A DNA stretch of 63,056 nt, the filler included, from Octopus bimaculoides (Eukaryota), in the NCBI RefSeq assembly GCF_001194135.2. It is 12 parts of 11 records of this genome, joined end to end, with 100 filler letters (N's around TTAATTAATTAA, not from the genome) between each part and the next. Parts side by side here need not be neighbours in the genome. Positions count along the whole stretch, not along the records: positions 1 to 14,220 come from NC_068984.1; 11 more parts are not named here. One strand, given 5' to 3'. Each line of letters begins with the position of its first letter. Position 1 is the stretch's first letter. The notes below the pieces were generated by a model. It saw only the letters and a list, made by a program, of their open reading frames with translations. It did not search any database and was not told the origin of the DNA. Shown piece after piece: positions 1-12,908 of this stretch. Made by a program: the position numbers and the translations under genes.

Positions 1-349
1 GTCCCACTGCGTGGCATCTTGGGCAAGTGTCTCCTACTATAGCCTCGGGCCGACCAAAGCCTTGTGAGTGGATTTGGTAGACGGAAACTGAAAGAAGCCT
101 GTCGTATATATGTATATATATATGTATGTGTGTATGTGTTTGTATGTCTGTGTTTGTCCCCCCAACATCGCTTGACAACCGATGCTGGTGTGTTTATGTC
201 CCCGTAACTTAGCGGTTCGGCAAAAGAGACCGATAGAATAAGTACTAGGCTTCCAAAGAATAAGTCCTGGGGTCGATTTGCTCGACTAAAGGCGGTGCTC
301 CAGCATGGCCACAGTCAAAAGACCGAGACAAGTAAAAGAGTAAAAGAGT
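1..349 (+). mobile_element. tRNA-derived octopus-type SINE (family A), 5' end cut by the window edge
   Basis: Body gtcccactgcgtggcatcttgggcaagtgtc...gatttggtagacggaaactgaaagaag, internal (TA/TG)n tract, 3' tail ggcggtgctccagcatggccacagtcaaa..agtaaaagag. Homologous to the copies at 17609-18000, 22998-23150 and 60787-61150. Confidence 0.85.
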
Positions 350-430
350 ATATGTGTGCATGTATGTATGTGTAGGTGTGTGTGTGTATGTATATGCCTG
401 TATATGTATGTGTGAGTGCGTATGTCTGTG

Positions 431-655
431 CGTTTGCTTGTGCCCCGACCTACTGCCTGATAACCGGTGTTTTTTGTTTTCATCCCCGTGGCTTAGAGGT
501 TCGGCAAAAGAGACCGACAGATTAGTCACCAAAGTTAAGAAAGAGAGAGAGAGAAAAAAAGAAAGAGATAGGTACAGGGCCCGAGTTGTTGGATTAAACC
601 TTTCGAGGTGGTGCCACAACAGGGGCTGCAGGGGTCCAATGACTGAAAAGACAGA
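431..655 (+). mobile_element. Diverged 3' half of a family-A-like SINE
   Basis: ccccgtggcttagaggttcggcaaaagagaccgacagattagt and ggtggtgccacaacaggggctgcag..tgactgaaa align to the 3' half of the SINE at 1-349. Confidence 0.65.
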
Positions 656-657
656 CA

Positions 658-698
<41 letters not shown>

Positions 699-1164
699 TT
701 TGAAGATCTAAGAACTCGTAGGCGTCAAACTACATAATGCAAAAAGACTCTCGGATAAAAATCTTATAATCTTAAACTCTGGTATTTCTGCCACTCAGCT
801 GCCGAACTCTGTACAATGCGTCTAACCCGATGGCTGCATGGATGTGCACGCATCTTCAAATAATTGCTTGCATGTTTATGCCATAGAAGAAGCAGAAGCG
901 CTAATGCAATATGTGTGCTTTCGTCATTAGACGCTAGAATGAAGATGGAAAAGCCAGGTGTTCGTTGTCTGTTACATACTGGGGTAGCCGTTGAGGCGGT
1001 GGTGATGGTGCCGGTGGTGGTGGTGGTGGTGGTGTTGTGGTTGTTGTTGCTGTTGTTGTTGTAGGTGCTGGAGGTAAGTGTGGTGCGTGCGGTGGTGATG
1101 TTACGTGTAGAATGACATAAGAATGACCTTATAAGGGGAAAAGAAAAAAATGTTATAAGGAGAC

Positions 1165-1248
<84 letters not shown>

Positions 1249-1469
1249 CGCGTGCNNNNNNNNNNNNNNNNNNNNNNNNNNNNNNNNNNNNNNNNNNNNN
1301 NNNNGTGTGTGCGTGTATAATATTTTTCATTTTTATTGAGGAGGAGGGAGGAACGAGGCGCCCGTGACCTTTGCAGGCCCTCCCAGAGTGGAGAGGTCGA
1401 CACGGTTGATACATATCTTTATGTATGCATGTATGTTTGCGTGTGTGTATATTGTCTCCCACCTCTCTC

Positions 1470-1521
<52 letters not shown>

Positions 1522-2923
1522 CGCGTGCGTGTGTGTGTATAAGCGTGCTAACAGAACCTATATATACGTGTGTGTGTATGTATATATACATATTTAAGAC
1601 TACATGCATATCTCTCCCTGTATATTTTGTAATACATACATGCACACACACACACACGCACACACATATATTTGCTTGTATCTTTCTCTAGGTATGTATG
1701 TATACACGCATACATACACACACATAGATATATATGTATATAGTTGTGTACATGTACACAGAGACATATACGTATATATACACATATATATATATAAGTA
1801 TACATGTATACATACGCACATATACACATATATATTTAGATACGCACACGTACACATGCACACACGCATCCAACCAAACGTCCATCTCCCATATGGGTAG
1901 GTGTGGGCGTGGAGGGGGTTGGTGTGTTAATTTCTGCGTGCATTTATATTTACAAATACACAAAAATACACAAATAAATAAGAAAGACAACTATTGAGAC
2001 TTAAACATACACACACATGCTGACATACAACCACACACACACACACACGCCTGCACGCACGCACATGCTGACATACAACCACACACACACACACGCGCAT
2101 ACACACACACACACATACACACACACAGAGACACACGCGTGCACGTACGCACATGCTGACATACAACCATAACGTTTCTGCTTGTGCATGTTTGAAAGGA
2201 AAGTGTTTTACTTGCAACGCATTATTCTCTCTCTCTTTGTTTTGGTAATTTTGTTTGGTTTCTTTTTCTGTTTGTTTTGTCTTTCTTCCAGCAGCAGTAA
2301 ACCGATATATTTCTCAGAGGAATCACATTGGCGCGAAGTTTCAAACAAACTGACGAGACGCCATGATTAACTAACGATATTAACCGTTCGCCAGTCCTGT
2401 GTATCGGAGGACATATTTCCCTGGCGTCCTTGCATCATATGTGATACACTTTTTTTTAAAATTTTAACCACCAGAATAACTTGGGAGTTGGGAAATGAAA
2501 GCTCTATGTTACTCAGTGGATGTAGAACAAGGGCTTACTGAAAATCTGAAAACAGCGTGGATGCTCAGGACAAACTTATGGAAAGCCTTAAAATCAAGCA
2601 AGGGGCTAGATAGATATAAAAAAGGCACATATTTTATAAAGGATCCGTGTAGTTGACTGAAACAATGCGGTTTACATGTCAGAAACTGAACGCCCCACTA
2701 AGTCCCGAAAAGAAGGCAAAAAACAGTTTCGGCGGTTGTTCGAAATCATCATGTAAAAAAATTGGTTTACTTAGTTTTGTTATGAGACTTTGGACTGAAA
2801 AGGTCGGAGCTAAACCCAATTTGCATGGTGTATAAGTGACAGAGATCGCAACATTGGCCATCCCCGCTGAACGGAATGCAGGTCCGTCGCAGAGTTGATT
2901 TCTCAATCTATTACTGAGACACA

Positions 2924-3045
2924 TTTACAGCCGAGCAACGTGAAATAAAGTGTCTTGCTTAAGAACACGATTCACTTCCTCATCTGGGAATGGAAACCAC
3001 GATCAGACGAATATACGCACAACTTCTTAAGCACTAGTCCACGCG
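2924..3045 (-). mobile_element. SINE 5' (tRNA-head) remnant
   Basis: gagcaacgtgaaataaagtgtcttgcttaagaacac matches the same segment of the fuller copies at 21985-22287 and 24831-25133. Confidence 0.6.
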
Positions 3046-4519
3046 CGAAATTGTAGAATGAATTCTGTTCTTGCACGTTTCAACTCTGCCATCTCAATCA
3101 GACTCAAAACCTCAAAAATAGTCGTCGTCGTTGTTGTTGTTGTCGTCGTTCAATTCCAGGTCAGCCCTGATCGAGCAGACACATGATTAAAGGTATTCTA
3201 CTCTCGAATATTATATTCCATTCCATTCTGCTCTATTCTCAGGATCAGTACTTCCTGGACCAAATTATCTACTACATTTCTCCCCCCCCCGCCCGGACAA
3301 TAGGGTGTGATTTCAGGTAGATTTCACTACTATTTCTGGCAGTTTAAGCGACCGATCAGACGCTCCCCTGTGACTAAGAAGTTCGCTTTGAAACTATGCG
3401 GTCCCATTGTGTCGAATCACGGGCAATTGTCTTACCCTCATCTCTCTTTGTGTATAAATAGACAGACAGACACACACACGTCCCTTTAGCGTTCTGATTA
3501 CTCTGTTATTAAAGACTTTGTTTTGTATTAATCATAGATTATCTCGTAACTCTGAAATTTTGATGATGTGATTGTTTACTTTGTGAACGACATTGCAGGT
3601 AAGTATGAGAGGCCAAATCTTGCCAGTTTGAACAAAAAACAGGTAGAATATTTGGACTGAGTATGGCCGATTGAAATGCTAAATGTATATACATACACAC
3701 ACACAGATGTGTGCGTGCGTGCGCGTATGTGAGTATGCATATCTTGTGAGGGTCATTGTACCAATTATAAACACACACACACGCACACAGTTGTTAGAAC
3801 TGGATGACAAATGAAATCTTCAAATGCAGTGGGCCATGACGGACTTTTTTACGTTTCTGGATGACATTCAGCGTCCGGCAACAAGTTACTCACTCGTCAT
3901 TTATGAATCTCAGATTTTTTTCCATAAATTTTCTCAATTTAATTTATTTATGGATCATTGGACAGTTGAGGGCTTTTAAATAGTTTTCTTTGTGTCACGG
4001 TGGGTTTAATTTTTCTTCACTATTGACGGAAATCGGGTGATATGGAGACTGGAGACATTTTTATGTATATGACGAAGGTGAGCAAAAGAGATGCGTTGCC
4101 TTATGAAGAAACTGCAGTTTTTCGCAAGCTCTTCTGAATCCATCGCAATGCTGGAAACCCTTCCGTATGGTCAACAGGGTCATAAGTGTTTCAACTTTCA
4201 TCCTCCACGCTTCCCCTCAGCGTGAATCAGCACTCGGCTGTGGAAGGGTTCCATCTGAGGTGTCTTGTCAATCACAGTCTCCTTCAGCTAGTTTCAGCTG
4301 CCATACCTTATCTCCTTGGTGGCCTGCTTCAGTTGTCTGGCTTCCAGAACAATCTTCTGCAGGAAACAGCGCACCGGTCAAGTTGAAAAGCAACCGCAGT
4401 CGACTTCAGTAGGGAAGGAGGTGGTATGCCACTCCTTTTCAAGGACCTCGGCAACCAAGTCCTTTATATTCGATTGTCTTTAGTCGGTGGTATAATATAC
4501 AGTTGTCACGGTCAAATGT

Positions 4520-4790
4520 GACGACGCTTGGCTTAGTGGTTATGGTGCTGCATTCACGGTTGCGAGATCAGTTTCGATTCCTGGACCAGGCGGTGCATTA
4601 TTTTTCTTGACCCCCACCACCAAAAAAAAAACAAAAACACTTCGCTTCATGTTGCTCCAGTCCAGTCAGCTGTAAATGTGCATCCCTGCAACGGACTGGG
4701 GTCCCGTTCCAGGGCAATGTTGTGATCTCAACCACTTACACACGATTGAAACCTGGGTGACCGCCTTATTAGTCCTAGGACTTGACACAG
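4520..4790 (+). mobile_element. tRNA-headed SINE with a V-domain-like core
   Basis: A-box-like tggcttagtgg and B-box-like gtttcgattcc; internal ccctgcaacggactggggtcccgttccaggg resembles the V-SINE conserved domain (from recall). Confidence 0.6.
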
Positions 4791-5195
4791 TGATATCCGC
4801 TGGGACTTACTCGGGCAAATGCGAAAAAAAAACAACAAGAAAGAAAAGCAGACGATTAGAGAAGTAAAAGTTGTTACTTCGTCGCATCGAGGCCCCCTTT
4901 TGTCGGTTTGTATAGTCGGGTTGGGGGTTGTCTTGCTTTCTAACCGTTTGTTGGTTGGAGGTTGTCTAGATTTGGTTGGGTTAGTTGGCTTGCGTAGCAG
5001 TTTATTTCTGTTGACTGAAATAAATCTGGGATTCCATTTCCATTTTCGAGAGGGAAGAACTAGGAGTCATTTATTAAAATGTCAGGCAGACATTCTGAAC
5101 AAAGGCAGCAATCAGCATCTGGGCAAAAGACTGTGTTCTTTGCATTGCTGTTGTTCTTCTTGTTGTGTACTTCTAATTTTATTGCCATTCTTTCA

Positions 5196-5243
<48 letters not shown>

Positions 5244-6199
5244 TTGTAAATGCAGGCTTCTACTAACATGCATGCACGTACACATATGCGTATGTATATG
5301 CATATGTACGTCAGTATGCCTGTGTATATGTGTACATGTGAGTGTATATGTGTGTCTATGTATGTGTAAGTATATGTCTGTGTATGTATATGTGTGTGTC
5401 TATGTGTATACGTCTATATGTGTGTCTGTGTATACATATGTGTGCGTGTGTGCATGTATGTGTCCGCGTGTGTGTGTGAGGGTGTGCACATTGCTTTAAA
5501 AGTCGGTCTTTTTCTACTTGGCCTAATCTCTGCTATTCCTAACCTTTTTGAAAAAACAGGTACAAATGAATAACGGAATGTGTGTCCTTTTAGCTGGAAT
5601 GGCAGAATGGAGAAGAGTGGAATGACTGCCCACGCCCTGCTCCCACATCACCTTCTTCCACTCTAATACAAACAGATTAGGCATTCGGGGTGAGGGCAGC
5701 CCTTCTCCAACCCCCTTCTCCGGCCCACCTCCATTCCCTTACCTCGCCCTCATTTCTCATTATTTCTCATCACTGTTTTAGTTCATTCAGAGAGGAGACT
5801 AAAGGTTGTGAATGGAGGAGGAAGAGAATTGGGGAATAACATTTTGAGTGTATGGCACCGTGGAATTTAAGACGGGAGAAAGATCCGCAGTAGATGGCAA
5901 TGGAAGGCATTGGAAATGAAAAAGAATACAAAAATAGGAAAAGAAACCAAAAAAACCGAAATCCAGAAAAAAGAAAAACAAAGAATGTAAATTAAAAAAC
6001 AACAACAATCAAGACTTCATAAACAAGTTTCTCCCCCACCCACCCCTAACTAAAAACTGGAAGAAGAAGAACAACAACAATAACCACAACAACAACAATA
6101 ACAACAGGAACAACGATAGTAGTTCAATTCTTGGAACAACAACAACAACAAGTACTACTGCTACTACTACTACAACACACGCACACACCTCTTGTCATT

Positions 6200-6324
6200 G
6201 TCACCGTCGTCGTAATCATCATCAACATCATCATCATCGTCGTAGTCGTCGTCATCATCATCATCATCATCATCGTCATCAACAACAACAATAATGACAA
6301 GGGCGATGAGTTGATGAATAACAG

Positions 6325-6395
<71 letters not shown>
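6200..6395. repeat. (CAT)n-rich trinucleotide microsatellite
   Basis: Directly visible. Confidence 0.95.
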
Positions 6396-7328
6396 CCACC
6401 GAGGAGTTCTTAAGATTGGAAGGAAGCCACAGATCTGCAGACGTCTGCACTCTTCCTTCCCAAAAGCTGTGGTTTGGTGCCAAACTTNNNNNNNNNNNNN
6501 NNNNNNNNNNNNNNNNNNNNNNNNNNNNNNNNNNNNNNNNNNNNNNNNNNNNNNNNNNNNNNNNNNNNNNNNNNNNNNNNNNNNNNNNNNNNNNNNNNNN
6601 NNNNNNNNNNNNNNNNNNNNNNNNNNNNNNNNNNNNNNNNNNNNNNNNNNNNNNNNNNNNNNNNNNNNNNNNNNNNNNNNNNNNNNNNNNNNNNNNNNNN
6701 NNNNNNNNNNNNNNNNNNNNNNNNNNNNNNNNNNNNNNNNNNNNNNNNNNNNNNNNNNNNNNNNNNNNNNNNNNNNNNNNNNNNNNNNNNNNNNNNNNNN
6801 NNNNNNNNNNNNNNNNNNNNNNNNNNNNNNNNNNNNNNNNNNNNNNNNNNNNNNNNNNNNNNNNNNNNNNNNNNNNNNNNNNNNNNNNNNNNNNNNNNNN
6901 NNNNNNNNNNNNNNNNNNNNNNNNNNNNNNNNNNNNNNNNNNNNNNNNNNNNNNNNNNNNNNNNNNNNNNNNNNNNNNNNNNNNNNNNNNNNNNNNNNNN
7001 NNNNNNNNNNNNNNNNNNNNNNNNNNNNNNNNNNNNNNNNNNNNNNNNNNNNNNNNNNNNNNNNNNNNNNNNNNNNNNNNNNNNNNNNNNNNNNNNNNNN
7101 NNNNNNNNNNNNNNNNNNNNNNNNNNNNNNNNNNNNNNNNNNNNNNNNNNNNNNNNNNNNNNNNNNNNNNNNNNNNNNNNNNNNNNNNNNNNNNNNNNNN
7201 NNNNNNNNNNNNNNNNNNNNNNNNNNNNNNNNNNNNNNNNNNNNNNNNNNNNNNNNNNNNNNNNNNNNNNNNNNNNNNNNNNNNNNNNNNNNNNNNNNNN
7301 NNNNNNNNNNNNNNNNNNNNNNNNNNNN

Positions 7329-7376
<48 letters not shown>

Positions 7377-8846
7377 ATCTACACACGAGCAGAATTAAAC
7401 TGGAGATTCGGTTACAGATTTTTAAAACTTTTAACATGATAAATTATATAATCTTTACACATGTTTCATAAACCAATACTAGCTTTCAATACATGAATAC
7501 ACCCACCCACACATTTATATATTAATGGATGCATTTATATCGACTTGTAATAAAAACAACATAATTTTAAACTGAAAGCTACTCAATATTTTTATCGATC
7601 TATGATACTTTTACAAGATGAGGAGTGACAAATTCCTCCAAAGTTGACTTTGCCTTTTATCATTCGTGGTTCGAGAAAACCGATTCATGGCCTCACCAGA
7701 AGCTTACTGCCTTGATTTCCAGTTTATGTAAGAAATCGTTATTAAGAATCAAAACCGTCAGCTGTCTAGTTTTACGATTCTTACTTAGCCTCAAATCAGT
7801 TCTGGTCAAGTTGACTCCTGGTCAAAAGATTTCCAAGTGTGTCAAGGCAACACCCAAATTCAGGTTATGTAGTGCTGACGATTTTAAATAAGGATGAAAT
7901 GGTGCTGTATATGACTCCAACAACATGGCGATATATGGCCTTTGTAATGTGTAAGAAAAAGTAAATATTTAATGTGTACAATTCTCACCAGGGAACACCA
8001 CGTGTATAATCTTAAAAAGTGTCCTTCCGGTTTTCAGAAAGTAGGGTGTGATTTGAGCGACCACGGAGATGCGATCTCTTCTCATGTACATTTACGATCT
8101 GGTTATTGTACTCAGTCCTCCAGAGATATTCAGTTGTCAGATAAAATCATTCCATTCCAGAAACTTGGCACTCCAATCGGCATGTGTCTGAAAATAGAAA
8201 TTTATTCAAATTTCAAAAACGATAAACAAAAGTTGCAAAAGCAGAACAGAGCTGCAACTCCAACCCAGAAAAAACCCCACCACGATGAAAATATTTTTCG
8301 AGTTAATTCAAATTACATTGGAAAGGATTAAAATAAATGGAAAAGACAATTAAAAAAAAACGAATTTATCTGACAGCCCAATACATATTATGCTAAAAAA
8401 TATAAACTGGCAATAAGCGTTATAAAATGTGATGAGAGAAAGTAACACTCTACAAAGAAGGGGAGGCATAAAGCAAGACAATGAATGAGAAGAGAAAAGT
8501 GTGGGTGGTGAAGGTGCGAAGAAATGAAGATTATAAAGAAGGACAAAAAAAGTGAAGGGATACGAAAAGAAATAAATGAAGGCAAAAGACGAAGAGACAG
8601 AGGCAAAGTGGCGGGTGGACGGATCTGAAGAAAGAAAGAATGTTAAGAATACATACACACATACATACATACATACACACATACACACATACATACACAC
8701 ATACATACATACATACATACATACATACACACATACATACATAGGAAATAGATGTAAATGAAAGAATGTAAATGAAGCGAGGTTGAAGAGGCTTTAAAGA
8801 ATAAAAAATAAATAGACTTTTCGTAATGAAAGTCATTGAAGAAAGG

Positions 8847-9356
8847 CTAAAGTATCGTCTGCTAAAGTATCGTCTGCAAAAGTATCGTCTGGTAAAGTAT
8901 CGTCTGGTAAAGTATCGTCTGGTAAAGTATCGTCTGGTAAAGTATCGTCTGGTAAAGTATCGTCTGGTAAAGTATCGTCTGGTAAAGTATCGTCTGNNNN
9001 NNNNNNNNNNNNNNNNNNNNNNNNNNNNNNNNNNNNNNNNNNNNNNNNNNNNNNNNNNNNNNNNNNNNNNNNNNNNNNNNNNNNNNNNNNNNNNNNNNNN
9101 NNNNNNNNNNNNNNNNNNNNNNNNNNNNNNNNNNNNNNNNNNNNNNNNNNNNNNNNNNNNNNNNNNNNNNNNNAAAGTATCGTCTGGTAAAGTATCGTCT
9201 GGTAAAGTATCGTCTGGTAAAGTATCGTCTGGTAAAGTATCGTCTGGTAAAGTATCGTCTGCTAAAGTATCGTCTGCTAAAGTATCGTCTGCTAAAGTAT
9301 CGTCTGGTAAAGTATCGTCTGGTAAAGTATCGTCTGGTAAAGTATCGTCTGGTAAA
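8847..9356. repeat. 15-bp minisatellite, unit (g/c)taaagtatcgtctg, interrupted by a gap at 8997-9173
   Basis: Directly visible tandem array; ggt and gct unit variants occur in clusters. Confidence 0.95.
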
Positions 9357-9359
9357 ATA

Positions 9360-9990
9360 GCACCAAGTGCTACGAAACAGTTAAAATGGCTGTGTGTGAT
9401 TTCAGGATTTTGTTGCTTTGTACGTTTTTTAGCAAGTCGAGATGCTTGTGGGTTTTTAATTCTTTGTCCTCGGGATAAGCCTTCCGACAGATTTCATTAT
9501 ATGGTGTCCTTGATACAACGTCATGTCTCATCGGTAGATAAAACCGTGATGACATTTTCGGACAATTGCGAATGATGTGATATCTTCAGTGTGAACTCCA
9601 CAAAGTCTGCATCGCTTGTCACATTTTACTGCTTTTCCTACATCTCTATCCCTTTTGTGCATCAGGTACTTGGTTGATATTTCTTTTGCCTGGATTGCAA
9701 ACACACATCCTTCAATGTGGGAGGTAGTAATACGGCTATTCGTCCACGATAAACTGCTTTGATGACCAATGTTACTATCAGCTCGGAGCTTTCTACTCAC
9801 ATATCCATGCATAGTCTTCTGCTCATCCAGGCTCACCCTTTCATCTGACGATGCGTTGCGGTAGAGTCGTGCGATCTCTTTCGGGATGTATTCTAGGTTT
9901 TCAGACAAAGAGTGTTGCTCAAGGAGCTGCCTTCCAAATCTTATGATGTTATCAGCCTCATGTATGCAAACTTGGTCAAGGGATGCACTT
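9360..9990 (-). mobile_element. R4/Dong-type non-LTR retrotransposon fragment (CCHC knuckle and RHD motif), frameshifted
   Basis: Translation KTMHGYVSRKL..SLSWT..IEGCVFAIQAKEISTKYL..CDKRCRLCGVHTEDIT, then after a frameshift IRNCPKMSSRFYLPMRHDVV. This is the CxxC..H..C knuckle followed by RHD typical of RLE-encoding LINEs. Confidence 0.85.
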
Positions 9991-10089
9991 CGACACTTAT
10001 ATATGTATGTATGCATGCATGCATGTGTCTATATATAATATATCTGTGTGTGTGCGCGCTCGCTCGCATGTACGCATGTGCATGTGGCT

Positions 10090-10178
10090 GAAGTATTGGA
10101 CTCGATCTCCCCGACGAAACACTTGAAGGTGCTGCTCCAGCATGACCACAATCCAGCGACTGAAACAAACAAAAGGCG
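10090..10178 (+). mobile_element. SINE family-A 3' tail remnant
   Basis: ggtgctgctccagcatgaccacaatccagcgactgaaacaa matches the tail at 291-335. Confidence 0.55.
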
Positions 10179-10435
10179 AAAGAAATCAAATTTGAAAGAA
10201 ATGGAGAAAAGGAAGAAATGAAAAAAAAGACAGGAAGAAAGGAAAGAAGGAAGGGGGGAAGGAAGAGAGGAATGAAGGAAAGACAGAGACAAATAAGAGA
10301 AAGAAAATAGAAGACAGCTTAGGAAATATAGAGAAGGATTGTAACGATTCTCGAATGGTTTAAAACTCGTATCTGAAGTGATGGGTGTGGTAGGAGCGGC
10401 GGTGGTGGTTGTTGCGCCAATTGTTTGTGACATAG

Positions 10436-10572
10436 GCTTAAGGCCTGAAACTTGAAGCAGAGGTTACGGTCAGCCGATTCCATCGATTCCATCACTTGAT
10501 TGGTACTTTACCTTATTGATCTCGTAAAGATATTAGGGCAAAGTTGACCGTAAGCGGCATTTGAACCCAGAA
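10436..10572 (-). mobile_element. Diverged SINE (family with the gtcgactttgcctttcatcc domain)
   Basis: aaggcctgaaac..ttgattggtacttt..gggcaaagttgacc..atttgaacccagaa aligns to 25331-25480 and, in reverse, to 53763-53975. Confidence 0.55.
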
Positions 10573-12790
10573 AGTAACAAAAAAAAAAAAAAAAAAAANN
10601 NNNNNNNNNNNNNNNNNNNNNNNNNNNNNNNNNNNNNNNNNNNNNNNNNNNNNNNNNNNNNNNNNNNNNNNNNNNNNNNNNNNNNNNNNNNNNNNNNNNN
10701 NNNNNNNNNNNNNNNNNNNNNNNNNNNNNNNNNNNNNNNNNNNNNNNNNNNNNNNNNNNNNNNNNNNNNNNNNNNNNNNNNNNNNNNNNNNNNNNNNNNN
10801 NNNNNNNNNNNNNNNNNNNNNNNNNNNNNNNNNNNNNNNNNNNNNNNNNNNNNNNNNNNNNNNNNNNNNNNNNNNNNNNNNNNNNNNNNNNNNNNNNNNN
10901 NNNNNNNNNNNNNNNNNNNNNNNNNNNNNNNNNNNNNNNNNNNNNNNNNNNNNNNNNNNNNNNNNNNNNNNNNNNNNNNNNNNNNNNNNNNNNNNNNNNN
11001 NNNNNNNNNNNNNNNNNNNNNNNNNNNNNNNNNNNNNNNNNNNNNNNNNNNNNNNNNNNNNNNNNNNNNNNNNNNNNNNNNNNNNNNNNNNNNNNNNNNN
11101 NNNNNNNNNNNNNNNNNNNNNNNNNNNNNNNNNNNNNNNNNNNNNNNNNNNNNNNNNNNNNNNNNNNNNNNNNNNNNNNNNNNNNNNNNNNNNNNNNNNN
11201 NNNNNNNNNNNNNNNNNNNNNNNNNNNNNNNNNNNNNNNNNNNNNNNNNNNNNNNNNNNNNNNNNNNNNNNNNNNNNNNNNNNNNNNNNNNNNNNNNNNN
11301 NNNNNNNNNNNNNNNNNNNNNNNNNNNNNNNNNNNNNNNNNNNNNNNNNNNNNNNNNNNNNNNNNNNNNNNNNNNNNNNNNNNNNNNNNNNNNNNNNNNN
11401 NNNNNNNNNNNNNNNNNNNNNNNNNNNNNNNNNNNNNNNNNNNNNNNNNNNNNNNNNNNNNNNNNNNNNNNNNNNNNNNNNNNNNNNNNNNNNNNNNNNN
11501 NNNNNNNNNNNNNNNNNNNNNNNNNNNNNNNNNNNNNNNNNNGGTGGTAGGGGTGGTTGTGTGGGATGGTCGTATATTAATGTTGTTGTTGGAAAGCATG
11601 GGTGAATACCCGTGGTGCTGATGTCGGGTGGTGGTAGTGTGTTAGTCTTGGGTAATGTCACTCCTGTGGTTGTCGGCTGTGGGGTGGTTGTGGGGTGCGT
11701 GATAGGGGTAAGTAGGGTACTTACGGGTAATGATGCTGGGAGTTGGAGAGTGCGGAAATATGATGGACACCAGATTTGATAGAAAACGGGTATCAAGGGT
11801 GATGGTGGTGTTATGACACAGTGCAATGGGGTAGAGATAGAAGATATTGAAGAAAAGGATGATGGGACGGCGGAGACGCGTGGGGGGACGGAGTTGTAGA
11901 GTTGGAAGCTGGGCATGAGGAAAATGGTGGCGATGAAGACGAAGGTGGAGTTGGAGTCGATTTGGTGTGGAATGTCAGAAAACGAGAAGAACATGATCCC
12001 AAACTCTTCGTCATTGATTCAGACGGCATCCAAGTAGATTCTTAAGGTTTATTTAAACAAGCAATGTTAATTCTCTAAATGAAGTATTAACAGTAACTGC
12101 ACGATAAAGTGTAGTATTTTGCCAGGGGTCAGCCACACTTAAATGGCAATAACACTTTATCGTTTATTTAAACATTATGCCAATAATAAACACACACACA
12201 CACACGCTGGTTCTGTTTAACTTTATCATTATTGCTCAATTAACTAATCGATAGTTTGATTAATCTTCGATTAGTCCTTTCGTCGCCATTCGCGACTTCA
12301 CCAATAACATACTCTCCCTGCAGAATTTATATTGAAGTATACAAGAAAATTGTATAGTTCTGTACAGTGTAGAAGGCATTATTGGGATATGATGTGTCAG
12401 CGAATGACCTTCTACGTAGTTGTTCGACCTGCTATAAACAGTAGCTTCAGGCAGAGGCAGTTCTTGGCTTTCAACATCACAATTACGCGTTGTATATTAT
12501 GGCTGACGGTGGCCGAAAATGGCAAAACACTCAATGAAAAATTCTATAATGGAATGAAGGCATGTTTTAGTGTGGGTGGGCAAGCTCTTTGAATACCTAC
12601 TGCAAGAAGTGCCTATCGTTGTCACATCTGTGCAAAACAGTGCAAGGCTCTAGAAAGACTGAGAAGCCACAACCGTGCTGCTCGTGTTTATGAGAACAAT
12701 CAAGTGATAGCGTTGGTCTGCGGTGAGGGCTCGGAATTCTATAGAAAATCGAGAGAGATAAACTTGAAAGTGAGAATATTACACCGCAAA

Positions 12791-12904
12791 CACAAGTCTT
12801 TGGTTGGCCTGATGCTATAGTAGAAGACACTTGCCCAAGGTGCCTCGCAGTGGGACTGAACCCGGAACCATGTGGCTGGTAAGCAAGCTATTTACCACAC
12901 AGCC
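12791..12904 (-). mobile_element. SINE family-A 5' head
   Basis: gctatagtagaagacacttgcccaaggtgcctcgcagtgggactgaacccggaaccatgtggctggtaagcaagc is nearly identical to 17905-17990. Confidence 0.85.
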
Positions 12905-12908
12905 ATTA

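Noticed and set aside
1236-1527. Repeated tgtgtgcgagtgtgtgcgcgtgc on both sides of a small gap
   Set aside because: Microsatellite-embedded overlap around a gap; most likely an assembly redundancy.
245-2217. Many long ORFs (CVCV, HTHT, IYIY, poly-M/I/H) here and throughout the ORF track
   Set aside because: Translations of di-, tri- and tetranucleotide microsatellites or of N gaps; no coding signal.
2653-2924. Sense/antisense ORF pair of 60-81 aa, and similar short ORFs at 4167-4412, 7972-8331, 46480-46692 and 50524-50892
   Set aside because: No recognisable motifs or convincing paired splice sites; lengths are within chance expectation.
3538-3598. Plus-strand segment with good splice sites (catag|...cag|gtaagt)
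   Set aside because: Stops in all three frames; it could only be a non-coding/UTR exon and there is no other support.
8847-9356. CRISPR-like appearance of a regular repeat array
   Set aside because: Units are head-to-tail with no unique spacers, there are no cas genes, and the context is eukaryotic.
8826-9575. 249-aa KYRLV/KVSSG repeat ORF
   Set aside because: Product of the 15-bp minisatellite plus a gap; there is no start/stop context or splice support.
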